Shown piece by piece: positions 1-9,521 of a stretch of 64,000 bases of DNA. The stretch's first letter is position 1; every line of letters starts with the position of its first letter. Below the pieces are notes generated by a model. The model was given only the letters and a program-made list of their open reading frames with translations. It did no database searches and was not told the origin of the DNA. Both the position numbers and the translations under genes were made by a program. This stretch comes from a virus, in IMG/VR virus record IMGVR_UViG_3300020438_002794, positions 1-64,000 of that record; one strand, written 5' to 3'.

Positions 1-33
1 GGTACACTAGAGTTAGTAACTGGATCTTAAAGG

Positions 34-61
34 TTGACACATACGTTTAAGATGCTACAAT
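34..61 (+). promoter_or_regulatory. sigma70-like early promoter upstream of the MoxR ATPase
   Basis: TTGACA (34-39), 16 nt, TACAAT (56-61) with extended TG; AGGAG SD before ATG 96; shares AAAGGTTGACA...TAAGATG with the promoter at 1920. Confidence 0.7.
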
Positions 62-95
62 ATACATATAGTTAGAAACAACCCAGGAGATAACT

Positions 96-1193
96 ATGCA
101 AACTGAAACAAACACCCGTCAAGTAACACTTACTGAACTTAAAAAGTATGCTATGCATAACTTTAAAACTAAACGACCTATGTTCGTTTGGGGACCTCCA
201 GGTATTGGTAAGTCCGAAACGTTCGAGCAAATTAAAAATGCTTATATTGAGCAAGGTAAAACCTGTGCTTTGATTGATTGTCGTTTAGCACTATGGGATC
301 CAACCGACCTTAAAGGTTATCCTTACTTCGACCAATCTGCTAACAAGATGCGATTTAGTGCGCCTGACGAACTTCCAGATGAGGAGATGGCGGCACAGTA
401 TGATGTTATTATACTTTTCTTAGACGAACTTAACGGTGCTAGCCCTGCTACACAAGCGGCGGCATACCAGCTGGTTCTTAACCGTGCTATTGGTAAGTAC
501 CAGTTACCCGAAAATGTTGTGATTGCGGCGGCTGGTAACCGAGACACTGATAAAGGTGTTACATACCGTATGCCTAAGCCGTTAGCTAACCGTTTCCTAC
601 ACTACGAAGTTCGTGTAGACTTCAACACTTGGCAGGACTGGGCTATTAAAAACCAGATCCATCCTGATGTAGTTGGTTACCTTACTACGTTTAAAAATGA
701 CCTTTACAACTTCGATGCTAGTAGTGCAGAACGTTCGTTTGCTACTCCGCGAAGCTGGACTTTTGTAAGTGAAACTATCAGTGATGTAGAAGGTTTTACT
801 GAAGAAGAGGTAACTGATATGGTTGCCGCAGGTATTGGCGAAGGACTTGCACTCAAGTTCAAAGCACACCGAGAGGTTAGCGGACAACTTCCTAACCCAA
901 GTGATATTCTCAACGGTAAGGTAAAGGACCTTAATACAGACAACATCAGTGCAAAATACTCGTTGACTACTGCACTATGTTATGAGCTTAAAGAAGCTTT
1001 CGATAACGATGACGATGGTAACAAGAAGTTTGATAACTTCTTAGAGTTCATTCAAAAGAACTTCGAAAGCGAAATGGTTGTGATGGGTGCTACAGTTGCT
1101 CTTAGCAAATATGGTATCCGTCCAAAATTCAATCAGTTGAACAACTACAAACCGTTCATTGCACAATATGGCAAGCTGATTGAACAAGCATAG
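96..1193 (+). CDS. MoxR-like AAA+ ATPase
   Basis: Walker A GPPGIGKS, Walker B ILFLDE, sensor AAGNR, arginine-finger region LANRF, TPRSW motif; VWA partner nearby. Confidence 0.9.
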   Translation: MQTETNTRQVTLTELKKYAMHNFKTKRPMFVWGPPGIGKSETFEQIKNAYIEQGKTCALIDCRLALWDPTDLKGYPYFDQSANKMRFSAPDELPDEEMAAQYDVIILFLDELNGASPATQAAAYQLVLNRAIGKYQLPENVVIAAAGNRDTDKGVTYRMPKPLANRFLHYEVRVDFNTWQDWAIKNQIHPDVVGYLTTFKNDLYNFDASSAERSFATPRSWTFVSETISDVEGFTEEEVTDMVAAGIGEGLALKFKAHREVSGQLPNPSDILNGKVKDLNTDNISAKYSLTTALCYELKEAFDNDDDGNKKFDNFLEFIQKNFESEMVVMGATVALSKYGIRPKFNQLNNYKPFIAQYGKLIEQA

Positions 1194-1245
1194 GAAACTA
1201 TGCTCCTGGGAGATAGTAGGGGTGCAATGCCCCTACTATCATTTT
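1187..1245 (+). terminator. tandem hairpins, probable intrinsic terminator
   Basis: AGCATAG-GAAA-CTATGCT (1187-1204) overlapping the stop codon, then 11-bp stem GATAGTAGGGG/CCCCTACTATC (1212-1240) followed by ATTTT. Confidence 0.65.
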
Positions 1246-1256
1246 AAAGGAATGTA

Positions 1257-1934
1257 ATGCAAACTTTAAGATTAAAGAGTTTATTACCCAGAACATCATT
1301 TGCACCTCAATGGGATTCAACCATTGGGATTTTTCAGTTTAATGATACAGTAGCTCTTGATACTATTAGAAGCTTTTTAATACAAAAAGAACCAGATATA
1401 CTTAAATTAAAAAGTAGTGGTGATGCTGGAACAGGATTAGATGATTCAACTATAACTTCTAGATATGGTCACTATAATGTTTTTAATTTTACAGATGAAT
1501 GTCCACAACTAAACCAATTATTAGACTGGTTAAGGATTGAATTTTTAGAATTTTTACAACACGAAGCAAGTGAGCTTTTCGAAGTTGAAATTGTATGTTG
1601 GTATAACATACTCAGAGACGGCGAAACTATGAAAGAACATATTCATTCTAGTAATGAATCAAGCTATCTTAGTGGAAATATGCAATTAAGTACATTTGAT
1701 ACCCAAACAGATTATAGGCATCCTTTACAAACAGATAATAGTATGACGATATATAGTAAACCAGGACAGTTAGTAATATTTCCTAGTTATCTACCACATA
1801 ATGTGAATCAAGAATATGTTGGAGAACGTATTAGTTTGGCATTTGATTTATACCCTACACATATTAGAAAAGATTGGGGTAACAGTATAAGGTTTATGGA
1901 TCAAGATATCTTTAAAAGGTTGACAAATAAGTAA
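1257..1934 (+). CDS. putative 2OG-Fe(II) oxygenase (phage TIGR02466-like)
   Basis: HxH (HIH) ... YLSG ... LVIFPSYLPHNV ... RISLAFD facial-triad and RxS pattern. Confidence 0.8.
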   Translation: MQTLRLKSLLPRTSFAPQWDSTIGIFQFNDTVALDTIRSFLIQKEPDILKLKSSGDAGTGLDDSTITSRYGHYNVFNFTDECPQLNQLLDWLRIEFLEFLQHEASELFEVEIVCWYNILRDGETMKEHIHSSNESSYLSGNMQLSTFDTQTDYRHPLQTDNSMTIYSKPGQLVIFPSYLPHNVNQEYVGERISLAFDLYPTHIRKDWGNSIRFMDQDIFKRLTNK

Positions 1935-1947
1935 GATGTGTTACTAT
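1920..1947 (+). promoter_or_regulatory. sigma70-like promoter for the VWA gene
   Basis: TTGACA (1920-1925), 16 nt, TACTAT (1942-1947) with TG extension; overlaps the end of the oxygenase gene. Confidence 0.65.
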
Positions 1948-1975
1948 AAAGTATAGTAAAAATTTGGAGTGAGAC

Positions 1976-3328
1976 ATGGCAGTAGGCTACGCACAACAAG
2001 AAACAGATATGCAAAAAGAAATCATCGACCGTATGCTCAATGAAGATGCGGCAGTTGAAGCAGAAAAAACTCCGGAACAAAAGAAACAAGAGTCAGAAGA
2101 AGCTAAAGAAAAGCTGGTTACTGCTCGTGTTAAGATGTTGTTTAATCAACCGTTCTTTGGTAACATTGCATGTCGTTTACAGTTAAAAGATGTAACAGAT
2201 GAAGGTTGGTGTCCAACGGCGGCAACAGATGGTCGTCACTTCTTTTACAATAGAAACTTTGTAAACAGTTTGAGTGTTCAGCAGAACGTGTTTTTAGTAG
2301 GACATGAAATTGGACATTGCATATATGAACACTTTCTTCGTGTTGGTGACCGTAACAAACAATACTGGAACATGGCTGGTGACTACAAGATCAACGGCAT
2401 GTTGGTGCGAGAAAAGATTGGTGAAATAATTGACCAAGTAAAAATTTGTTTTGATCCTAAATACAATACTGATGAATGGTATACAGAAAATGTATATGAC
2501 GACTTAGAAGCTAATCAACCTCCAGTACAAATGACACTTGATGTCCATTTAGATGTTGAAGGCGAAGATGGTAAGCCTTGTAAAAGTGGCGGTGGTGATG
2601 AAAGCAAAGATGGAGAAGGTAAAGGCAAAGGCAAGAAGCCTACTATCTCAAAAGATGATGCTAAAGCTATCTCAGATGAATTGAAGAATGCAGTTATACA
2701 AGCGGCACAGAGTGTTGGTGCTGGTAATGTTCCTGCTGAAATTGCTAGAATGATTGGTGAACTTACAGATCCTAAAATGGATTGGAGAGCATTGATTCGT
2801 GTGTCACTTGAAAGTAATATGAAAAACGACTTTACATTTATGGTGCCCAATCGTAAGAGTCAGTTTAATAATGTAGTTCTTCCTGCAATGAACAAAGAAG
2901 AAATGATTGATATTTGTATTGCAATGGATGCTAGTGGATCAATAAACCAAAGTGATTGTACAGACTTTCTAAGCGAAGTAAAAGGTATTATGGATCAGTT
3001 CGGTAGCTACAGAATTCGTATTTGGAGTTTTGACACTGCGGTATATGCATATGATGAGTTTACACACGATGATGGACGTGACGTTACTGAATACAAAATT
3101 GTTGGCGGTGGTGGTACTGACTTTGTTTGTAATTGGGAATTTATGAAAAACAATGATATTGAACCTGATCAGTTTATTATGTTTACAGATGGCGAACCTT
3201 GGAGAAGTTGGGGAGACCCAGACTACTGTGATACATTGTTCTTAATTAAAAATCGTTATGCTAAACCTGAAGCACCGTTTGGTCAAACTGTTTACTATGA
3301 AGATTCAACTATGAAACAGGCGGCTTAA
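1976..3328 (+). CDS. VWA-like protein with N-terminal putative metallopeptidase domain (DUF2201 type), MoxR partner
   Basis: TAATDG, HEIGH (HExxH), low-complexity G/K/D linker, MIDAS DASGS, GGGGTDF, FTDG. Confidence 0.88.
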   Translation: MAVGYAQQETDMQKEIIDRMLNEDAAVEAEKTPEQKKQESEEAKEKLVTARVKMLFNQPFFGNIACRLQLKDVTDEGWCPTAATDGRHFFYNRNFVNSLSVQQNVFLVGHEIGHCIYEHFLRVGDRNKQYWNMAGDYKINGMLVREKIGEIIDQVKICFDPKYNTDEWYTENVYDDLEANQPPVQMTLDVHLDVEGEDGKPCKSGGGDESKDGEGKGKGKKPTISKDDAKAISDELKNAVIQAAQSVGAGNVPAEIARMIGELTDPKMDWRALIRVSLESNMKNDFTFMVPNRKSQFNNVVLPAMNKEEMIDICIAMDASGSINQSDCTDFLSEVKGIMDQFGSYRIRIWSFDTAVYAYDEFTHDDGRDVTEYKIVGGGGTDFVCNWEFMKNNDIEPDQFIMFTDGEPWRSWGDPDYCDTLFLIKNRYAKPEAPFGQTVYYEDSTMKQAA

Positions 3329-3612
3329 TGAGAATTGTGGAACAAAGAAATAGTTTAAGCGAAGAGGATCTTGTACACTTGCAAGGTTCTCCTGTTATTA
3401 TTAAGATGCTCAAACAACGTTTGGTAGTCGAATTCGAACATCCCCCTAGTATCGAAGAGATTGATTTTAGTGGTACAAGAGGTTTTTATCTTGTAAAAAA
3501 TTTAGGGCACAAGATATATCAGTTCTGGTTTGAAGATCATAAGGATTATGATGACTTTAGAGCTAATATTTTAGCCTATAAAATGAGCAGTACTATCAAA
3601 GATGATAAATAA
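3328..3612 (+). CDS. hypothetical protein
   Basis: 94 aa ORF coupled to the upstream stop (TAATG). Confidence 0.7.
   Translation: MRIVEQRNSLSEEDLVHLQGSPVIIKMLKQRLVVEFEHPPSIEEIDFSGTRGFYLVKNLGHKIYQFWFEDHKDYDDFRANILAYKMSSTIKDDK
3606..3611 (+). promoter_or_regulatory. T4-type late promoter-like motif TAAATA
   Basis: ATAAATA ahead of AAGGAG SD and ATG 3645; same motif recurs at other gene starts. Confidence 0.45.
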
Positions 3613-3644
3613 CTGCGTAGTTAATTCGTTATAAGGAGTAATTC

Positions 3645-3887
3645 ATGGCGAAAAATAAAACAGAAACTGCGAAGGCACCAGCGGCTAATGCAGAAGCTGA
3701 AGCACCAAGTTTAGGTGTAGCTGACCTACAAAACTGTGCTCAAATCATTGATATTGCAATGAGCAGAGGTGCATTTAGAGCAAATGAAGCCGCTCAAGTA
3801 GGAGCAGTATACAATAAAATTGAAGCATTTATTAAAAGTGTAGCCGAACAAACAAACCAAACACCAGAAGCTACGGCTTCTCAGTAA
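3645..3887 (+). CDS. hypothetical protein
   Basis: 80 aa, strong AAGGAG SD. Confidence 0.8.
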   Translation: MAKNKTETAKAPAANAEAEAPSLGVADLQNCAQIIDIAMSRGAFRANEAAQVGAVYNKIEAFIKSVAEQTNQTPEATASQ

Positions 3888-3898
3888 GGAGGTAAAAA

Positions 3899-4552
3899 AT
3901 GGCTAATTTAAAACATATAGGACAGGTAGCTAATACTGGTCTCAAATGTATCGTTGTCTTTAGAGAGATTTACGATGAGAACGGTAATGTTACTGAACCA
4001 GATAACTGTTTGATAGTTGAAACTGAAAGACTACCAGACATGGAACACGACGATATGGTTCGTGTGGTTGAATCACCTGTTGCACAAGAAGCAACTGAAT
4101 TTTATACTGTAGCACATAGAAGTATGTTTGCTGACGGTATTAATATGTTGGTAAAATTAAACAACAGAGGTTACTTAAAAAAGTATCCAACAGATCAAAT
4201 TCTAATGACTCCAAATTCTCACACAAGTGTTAAACTAAGTGAGATCAATGAAGTTATTCGTAAACAAGCAACTGGAATGAGTCCACAGGATATTCAAAAT
4301 AGTATGCAGGATGATACTGATAAACCACCAAGAACTGCAACATCACTAAGTCCAAGTCAAACTATTGACCAGGCACTTCCAACAGGCGAGCAAGCAATAG
4401 ATGATAGTGCATTAGCTCAAACAATGTTGGATCAAGCGAATACATACGAAACAGAAGTAACACGTCTTCGCGAAGAAGCCTATGCCATGGCGCCGGATCT
4501 TAAACCCAAGCGTGGTCGCCCTAAAAAGGCTACCGCTGATGCCAATACATAA
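3899..4552 (+). CDS. hypothetical protein with C-terminal KRGRPKK (AT-hook-like) tail
   Basis: 217 aa, AGGAGG SD. Confidence 0.8.
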   Translation: MANLKHIGQVANTGLKCIVVFREIYDENGNVTEPDNCLIVETERLPDMEHDDMVRVVESPVAQEATEFYTVAHRSMFADGINMLVKLNNRGYLKKYPTDQILMTPNSHTSVKLSEINEVIRKQATGMSPQDIQNSMQDDTDKPPRTATSLSPSQTIDQALPTGEQAIDDSALAQTMLDQANTYETEVTRLREEAYAMAPDLKPKRGRPKKATADANT

Positions 4553-4841
4553 GCGGGATCGTAACTTTCAGAATATTGTCAGTGAGTTGGATATCAAAAG
4601 CATTCCAACTGAGTATATACAACTAATTGGATTGATTTGTGAAAACGGAGACAGAATACAATTCAAAGGTGAACAAATAAAAGAGTTCCCCGGCGAAGAT
4701 CTTGTTGAAGGTTTAATTAATTTCGTTGAAGATAACGGTAAACTACCCAGTCCTGTTATCGACGTTGAAATTATTATCGACTATGCGAAACTTGAAAAAG
4801 AAGTCAATGCAAAGACACAAGCATTACTAAAGGACAAATGA
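4539..4841 (+). CDS. hypothetical protein
   Basis: ORF track 4482-4841; ATG 4539 preferred because it gives a short overlap with the upstream gene. Confidence 0.7.
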   Translation: MPIHKRDRNFQNIVSELDIKSIPTEYIQLIGLICENGDRIQFKGEQIKEFPGEDLVEGLINFVEDNGKLPSPVIDVEIIIDYAKLEKEVNAKTQALLKDK

Positions 4842-5008
4842 AAGATCATACAGATTTACTTGTAAAACTAATAGTGTTGGAAGAAGAAGTTGAACACTAT
4901 AAAACTTTGTTAATGCCATGCGACACTGGTCATATACACACTACAATAAATTTTTTACAATCAAGGATACAGGAGATACAAATTGAACGTGAAGCTCGTA
5001 AGCTATAG
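4838..5008 (+). CDS. small hypothetical protein (56 aa, not in ORF track)
   Basis: Manual translation MKDHTDLLVKLIVLEEEVEHYKTLLMPCDTGHIHTTINFLQSRIQEIQIEREARKL; ATGA overlap with the upstream stop; fills the gap to thyX. Confidence 0.65.
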   Translation: MKDHTDLLVKLIVLEEEVEHYKTLLMPCDTGHIHTTINFLQSRIQEIQIEREARKL

Positions 5009-5648
5009 TAAGCCCACCGAAGAATTTGAGAAGGAAGGGTTAGTAGACCTACAAGAACTAATTGCTTTTTGTGCCAAAGTAAGCAATCCAGCGGCACAAA
5101 TTAATAATGAAACTAGTGAACGTTTAATTAAGTATTTGATAAAACATCAACATTGGTCACCATTGGAAATGGTTAATGCAGTATTAGAAATCGAAACTAC
5201 CAGAGATATTGCACACCAAATTGTTAGACATCGCTCGTTTGCATTCCAAGAGTTTAGTCAACGTTATGCAGATCCTGCTGAAATGGGAGAACAGTTTGTT
5301 ACTCGTGAAGCTAGACTACAAGATCCTAAAAACAGACAAAACAGTGTAGAGATTGATAGTGAAGAAGATATACATCATGCATGGGCAAGTGTACAACAAG
5401 GTGTAATTGACAAAGCTAAAGAAGCATACGACTGGGCTATTCGTGCTGGCATAGCAAAAGAACAAGCTCGTGTAGTGCTACCAGAAGGCTGTACTAAAAC
5501 TAGACTGTACATGAATGGTACATTGCGTAGTTGGGTGCATTATATTGAATTGCGTGGTGCTAACGGTACACAAAAAGAGCATATGGATATTGCTCATGCT
5601 TGTGCTAAAGTTATTAGTGATATCTTTCCTCTTATGAATAAATTATAA
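4983..5648 (+). CDS. thyX: FAD-dependent thymidylate synthase
   Basis: HWSPLE, RHRSFAFQEFSQRY ThyX signature, AKEQARVVLP, TQKEH; TTG start with AGGAG SD. Confidence 0.97.
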   Translation: MNVKLVSYSKPTEEFEKEGLVDLQELIAFCAKVSNPAAQINNETSERLIKYLIKHQHWSPLEMVNAVLEIETTRDIAHQIVRHRSFAFQEFSQRYADPAEMGEQFVTREARLQDPKNRQNSVEIDSEEDIHHAWASVQQGVIDKAKEAYDWAIRAGIAKEQARVVLPEGCTKTRLYMNGTLRSWVHYIELRGANGTQKEHMDIAHACAKVISDIFPLMNKL

Positions 5649-5650
5649 GA

Positions 5651-5662
5651 TTAAATACATGC
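5651..5662 (+). promoter_or_regulatory. late promoter-like TTAAATA directly before ATG
   Basis: TTAAATA-CATGC-ATG(5663); no SD; same geometry as 22229-22240. Confidence 0.55.
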
Positions 5663-7144
5663 ATGAGTATCACCTTAGTAGCAAGCCCCCGAACTTCTAA
5701 CTCCATGCCTAGTCCTGCACTAGCGGCACTAAAGCCCTGTGTGGAAAATGCAGGTTTTAATTGTTACACAATAGATCTCAACATAGAATTTTACAATGAC
5801 TTAAAAGAACATTACAGTGTATACGGAGAAATAGATAATTATTTTCAAACAGACTTTCGTTATCTAAGTCAAGACATCTTAGACTTAGAACCTCTTACAA
5901 AAATGAAATATTCACTTAGTGATGATGCACTTGAACTTTATCAACAACATCTTAATAAATGGGCAGACCACATACTCAACCAAGACAACGAATGGATTGG
6001 TATTAGTTTGTTAAGTGTAAACAGTGTATTATATACTATTGACCTTACAGAAGTTCTTAAAGATAAATCTCCCGATTGTAAAATTGTACTAGGCGGTCCT
6101 GGTGTAAGCACATTCGGTATTATGGGAGCAAGTAACTTAGGTGAATTTATGATAGTTACTGGACTTGCAAATAGATATCTAACGGGAGAGGGAGAATATA
6201 GTTTAGTAGAATTATTAGATGGTAAAGAGAATACTGAACAAGAACAAATAGACAATTTAGATGTTTTACCTTTTCCAGACTACAGTGACTTTGACTTTAC
6301 AAAGTATGGGTCTCAACATAATGCAGTAGCAGTTACAGGGTCAAGAGGATGTGTTCGTAGTTGCACGTTTTGTGATATAAGAAGTGCATGGAAAAAATAT
6401 AGGTATAGAAGTGGTACAAGTATAGCAAATGAAATAATAAACCATCATCAAAAGTTCGGTAGTACAGAATTTAAATTTACTGACAGTTTGGTCAATGGTA
6501 GTTTAAAAGCATTTGAAGAGTTTCTTGATGCTATAATACTTGCTAAAAAACAAGGCTTGTTTACTAAAGATATAAAATGGAGTGGGCAGTTTATATGTAG
6601 ACCAATAAATCAATTCAAAGAAGAATGGTTTGAAAAGATGAGTCTTGCAGGTGCAAACATGTTACAGATAGGTGTAGAAAGCGGTAGTGAAGCTGTAATG
6701 CACAACATGGGTAAAAAATTAAGTAACGATGATATTGACTTTACCATTAGCATGTTAACCAAATATAAGATACAATGTGATTTATTAATGATAGTAGGTT
6801 ATCCAACTGAAACTGACGAAGACTTTGATATGACTCTTGACCTATTAGAAAGGTTAAGTCCTTATAGTGAACAAGGATGTATTGAAGGAATAAACTTAGG
6901 CAAGACAATGGTTGTATTACCAGGTAGTCCTGTAGGAGAAAATATGGCTCATTGGGGTATAGAATATGATGATAACAACAATTGGATCAGTACACTCAAC
7001 CCTGGACTAACATTTAAACAACGTGTAAAGCGTAGAGTACTGGCACAAGAAAAGTGCCAAGAACTAGGCTATATGATTAGATGGCCTTTAACCACACTAA
7101 GAACACTTAGTGAAAATCTAAAACTCAACAAAGAAACAGCTTAA
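5663..7144 (+). CDS. cobalamin-binding-domain radical SAM protein (class B methyltransferase-like)
   Basis: N-terminal B12-binding-like motifs (PSPALAALK, GISLL, IVLGGP, GEGE); SRGCVRSCTFCD; GVESGS; IVGYPTET. Confidence 0.88.
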   Translation: MSITLVASPRTSNSMPSPALAALKPCVENAGFNCYTIDLNIEFYNDLKEHYSVYGEIDNYFQTDFRYLSQDILDLEPLTKMKYSLSDDALELYQQHLNKWADHILNQDNEWIGISLLSVNSVLYTIDLTEVLKDKSPDCKIVLGGPGVSTFGIMGASNLGEFMIVTGLANRYLTGEGEYSLVELLDGKENTEQEQIDNLDVLPFPDYSDFDFTKYGSQHNAVAVTGSRGCVRSCTFCDIRSAWKKYRYRSGTSIANEIINHHQKFGSTEFKFTDSLVNGSLKAFEEFLDAIILAKKQGLFTKDIKWSGQFICRPINQFKEEWFEKMSLAGANMLQIGVESGSEAVMHNMGKKLSNDDIDFTISMLTKYKIQCDLLMIVGYPTETDEDFDMTLDLLERLSPYSEQGCIEGINLGKTMVVLPGSPVGENMAHWGIEYDDNNNWISTLNPGLTFKQRVKRRVLAQEKCQELGYMIRWPLTTLRTLSENLKLNKETA

Positions 7145-7145
7145 A

Positions 7146-7826
7146 ATGGAAATGATAAACATACTTGAGTCAGAAGATCGTACTCAACACATAGAAAACT
7201 TAAAACAAATTTGTGAATGGATAGAGCAAAACGAACGTCATCGAAATGCGAAAAACTATTACAAATTAGATCAAACAGTAAAAAAGTTTGATAGTTTTGA
7301 AATTATATACGATGACAAAAATATTGTAGCATTTAGTGGACTTTGGAACAACAAAAGTTATCCTAGTAATATGGCTCGTTGTTGTACAAGGACATATTAT
7401 CACCCAGACTATAGGAACAGTGGAATAACTCGTTGGGGAGACAGTACTAGAAAAGCCAACTATGTGGAAGATTGGTTTACGCCAGTTCAGGTTGCTAAAG
7501 CAAAAGAACTTGGATATGAATATGCTTTTATCACTATCGAATTACGGTTGCGTAGACGTAGTATGCAAAGTCTAGTGCAATCATTGAATAACTCAGAGTA
7601 TAATAAAAACATTTGGAGTATTCATAATGATATGTGTAACACTTGTAGACAACACAACGATGAAGGACACTATATAGGTGTAAACTCAGATATTGCTTGT
7701 TGGCAAAATATATGTTATACGTCACTCACTGACAATCCAAGTACATTTGATTTGCCAAATATGAGTATCGACGAGTACAACACAGTGTATGGTAGTGAAC
7801 AAAAAGAAAGACTTAAACTAGTTTAA
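7146..7826 (+). CDS. GNAT-fold acyltransferase-like protein
   Basis: IVAFSG...RTYYHPDYRNSG resembles GNAT motif A; AKELGYEYAFIT resembles motif B. Confidence 0.5.
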   Translation: MEMINILESEDRTQHIENLKQICEWIEQNERHRNAKNYYKLDQTVKKFDSFEIIYDDKNIVAFSGLWNNKSYPSNMARCCTRTYYHPDYRNSGITRWGDSTRKANYVEDWFTPVQVAKAKELGYEYAFITIELRLRRRSMQSLVQSLNNSEYNKNIWSIHNDMCNTCRQHNDEGHYIGVNSDIACWQNICYTSLTDNPSTFDLPNMSIDEYNTVYGSEQKERLKLV

Positions 7827-8546
7827 CCATTGTGTAAACAATTTTTCTGTGTACAGTCTACTACGAATATTGTATTGTAATGTAATACCTCGTTCAAATT
7901 CTAAATGCATCCAGCTTTCGTCCCAAGGTACATCTAGTTTTTGATTTCTTAAACACATAATATGTGGTACAGTTTTACACTGTCTAGGATTTAAAAAACC
8001 ATGATATCCATCTACAACGTGTAAGTTACATTCTACATATTTTTTAAAACGCTCTGCTTGATCTAACGGTGTCCAGTCATCATCTCTGCCTGTTACAATA
8101 GTAATATCTTTACCTTGAAGCATGTTTGATGTTATTGCGATTAATGGTGGATAAACACAAAATGTCTTGTCGAAATGTTTACTACAACTTAGAGCCGCTG
8201 TAGCGCCAGCACTTATACCAAATACCAAACGTGTATCAGTTTCGTAGTCAGCAAGTACATCTAATATATCCTGTGCCCTATCTTCAAAAGTAGGGTTCCA
8301 ATTTTCTTCAGACATATCTCTTTCATCCCACAGTTGATACTCCAATCCTCTGTGAGTATAATGATCCATTAATGCACACTCATAACCATTTGCACAGGCT
8401 ATTTTAGCAAAGTCTAAATCTACATCACTCACCCCACCGCTTCCATGACTTAGTACTAATAGTGGAAGTCTCGATTTATTGAATCTATCATTTTTATCTG
8501 GACTTAGGTGTATATATTTGTTTCTTGCTTCTATTTTATCAAACAT
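7818..8546 (-). CDS. alpha/beta hydrolase, dienelactone hydrolase-like
   Basis: HGSGG, nucleophile elbow GISAG, GRDDDW acid, HGF His. Confidence 0.85.
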   Translation of the reverse strand: MFDKIEARNKYIHLSPDKNDRFNKSRLPLLVLSHGSGGVSDVDLDFAKIACANGYECALMDHYTHRGLEYQLWDERDMSEENWNPTFEDRAQDILDVLADYETDTRLVFGISAGATAALSCSKHFDKTFCVYPPLIAITSNMLQGKDITIVTGRDDDWTPLDQAERFKKYVECNLHVVDGYHGFLNPRQCKTVPHIMCLRNQKLDVPWDESWMHLEFERGITLQYNIRSRLYTEKLFTQWLN

Positions 8547-8995
8547 TTCATTTCATCTATTAATTGTAATTGTATAAGGTATTGATCTATGTTTCCAACA
8601 AACTCTTTACTTTTTTGTTTATTATCTTTTAGTGCTAGATTGTACATACGCTTCAGCCAGACACGCTTGCTTATATCATCAGTTCTATCATTTATAAACC
8701 TAAAAAATAAATCAACACTTCTATAAAACTTAGTGTTTTCTAGTTCCTGATGATTGCCAAACACATTAACTTTTAAGCAGTTAAAACTAAATTTATAAAT
8801 GGTTGAATCTTCATGAGTAAATTCTAACTGCCAACCGTTGTCATAACGTTGTCGACTTTTATCTGTAAAATCACACACAGTTGGGTCATTGAATCTTGCT
8901 TGCACACATGCATTTATAAGCTCATTTAAAATACGAGTTTGATCAAACCCTGTTAAGTTATGTTTGACCTGTGGCCAATTATCAAATGTTATCAT
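8531..8995 (-). CDS. hypothetical protein
   Basis: 154 aa ORF overlapping both neighbours. Confidence 0.7.
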   Translation of the reverse strand: MITFDNWPQVKHNLTGFDQTRILNELINACVQARFNDPTVCDFTDKSRQRYDNGWQLEFTHEDSTIYKFSFNCLKVNVFGNHQELENTKFYRSVDLFFRFINDRTDDISKRVWLKRMYNLALKDNKQKSKEFVGNIDQYLIQLQLIDEMKCLIK

Positions 8996-9513
8996 AGTCC
9001 ACTAATAACCAGATGTATCCTGTCTTCTCTGCTAGCATTTACTGCTGAGTGATATTCTTCTGTATTCATATAATAGCACATGCCGTTGTTTGGTATATGA
9101 TAATGTCCATGATCTCTATAGAGTATAAAACAATTTTCATTAGTTATTATTGCAAAATGATAACGAACCATACCTGGATCATTGTGCATCCACATTGCTT
9201 TTTTTGGAAGCATTTTCATTAATCGCATTCTGCCAATGGTGTGGGGGAAGTTTTCAAATATATATTCAAATACTGTGCCTTTAAAGTTAGGATTAAATTC
9301 TGTAAAGTCACGTTCCTCTAAACCATACATAGGACAATGGTCTAGTCTACTGTCTCCAGTTCCTTGATAAGGATCAGGTGGACTGTCTTTTGTATTTTGA
9401 AAGCATATTTGATTTTGCTTGTTAAAAGGATACATTTCAATTATACGATTTGTATCGTCAACTAATTGTTTATGGTCCACACTAAAATCTGTTGCTCGAA
9501 TTAATTCTGTCAT
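8992..9513 (-). CDS. aspartyl/asparaginyl beta-hydroxylase-like 2OG-Fe(II) oxygenase
   Basis: RMRLM...HND (HxD)...RYHFAIITN...HSAVN...RIHLV. Confidence 0.8.
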   Translation of the reverse strand: MTELIRATDFSVDHKQLVDDTNRIIEMYPFNKQNQICFQNTKDSPPDPYQGTGDSRLDHCPMYGLEERDFTEFNPNFKGTVFEYIFENFPHTIGRMRLMKMLPKKAMWMHNDPGMVRYHFAIITNENCFILYRDHGHYHIPNNGMCYYMNTEEYHSAVNASREDRIHLVISGL

Positions 9514-9521
9514 TTTATTTC

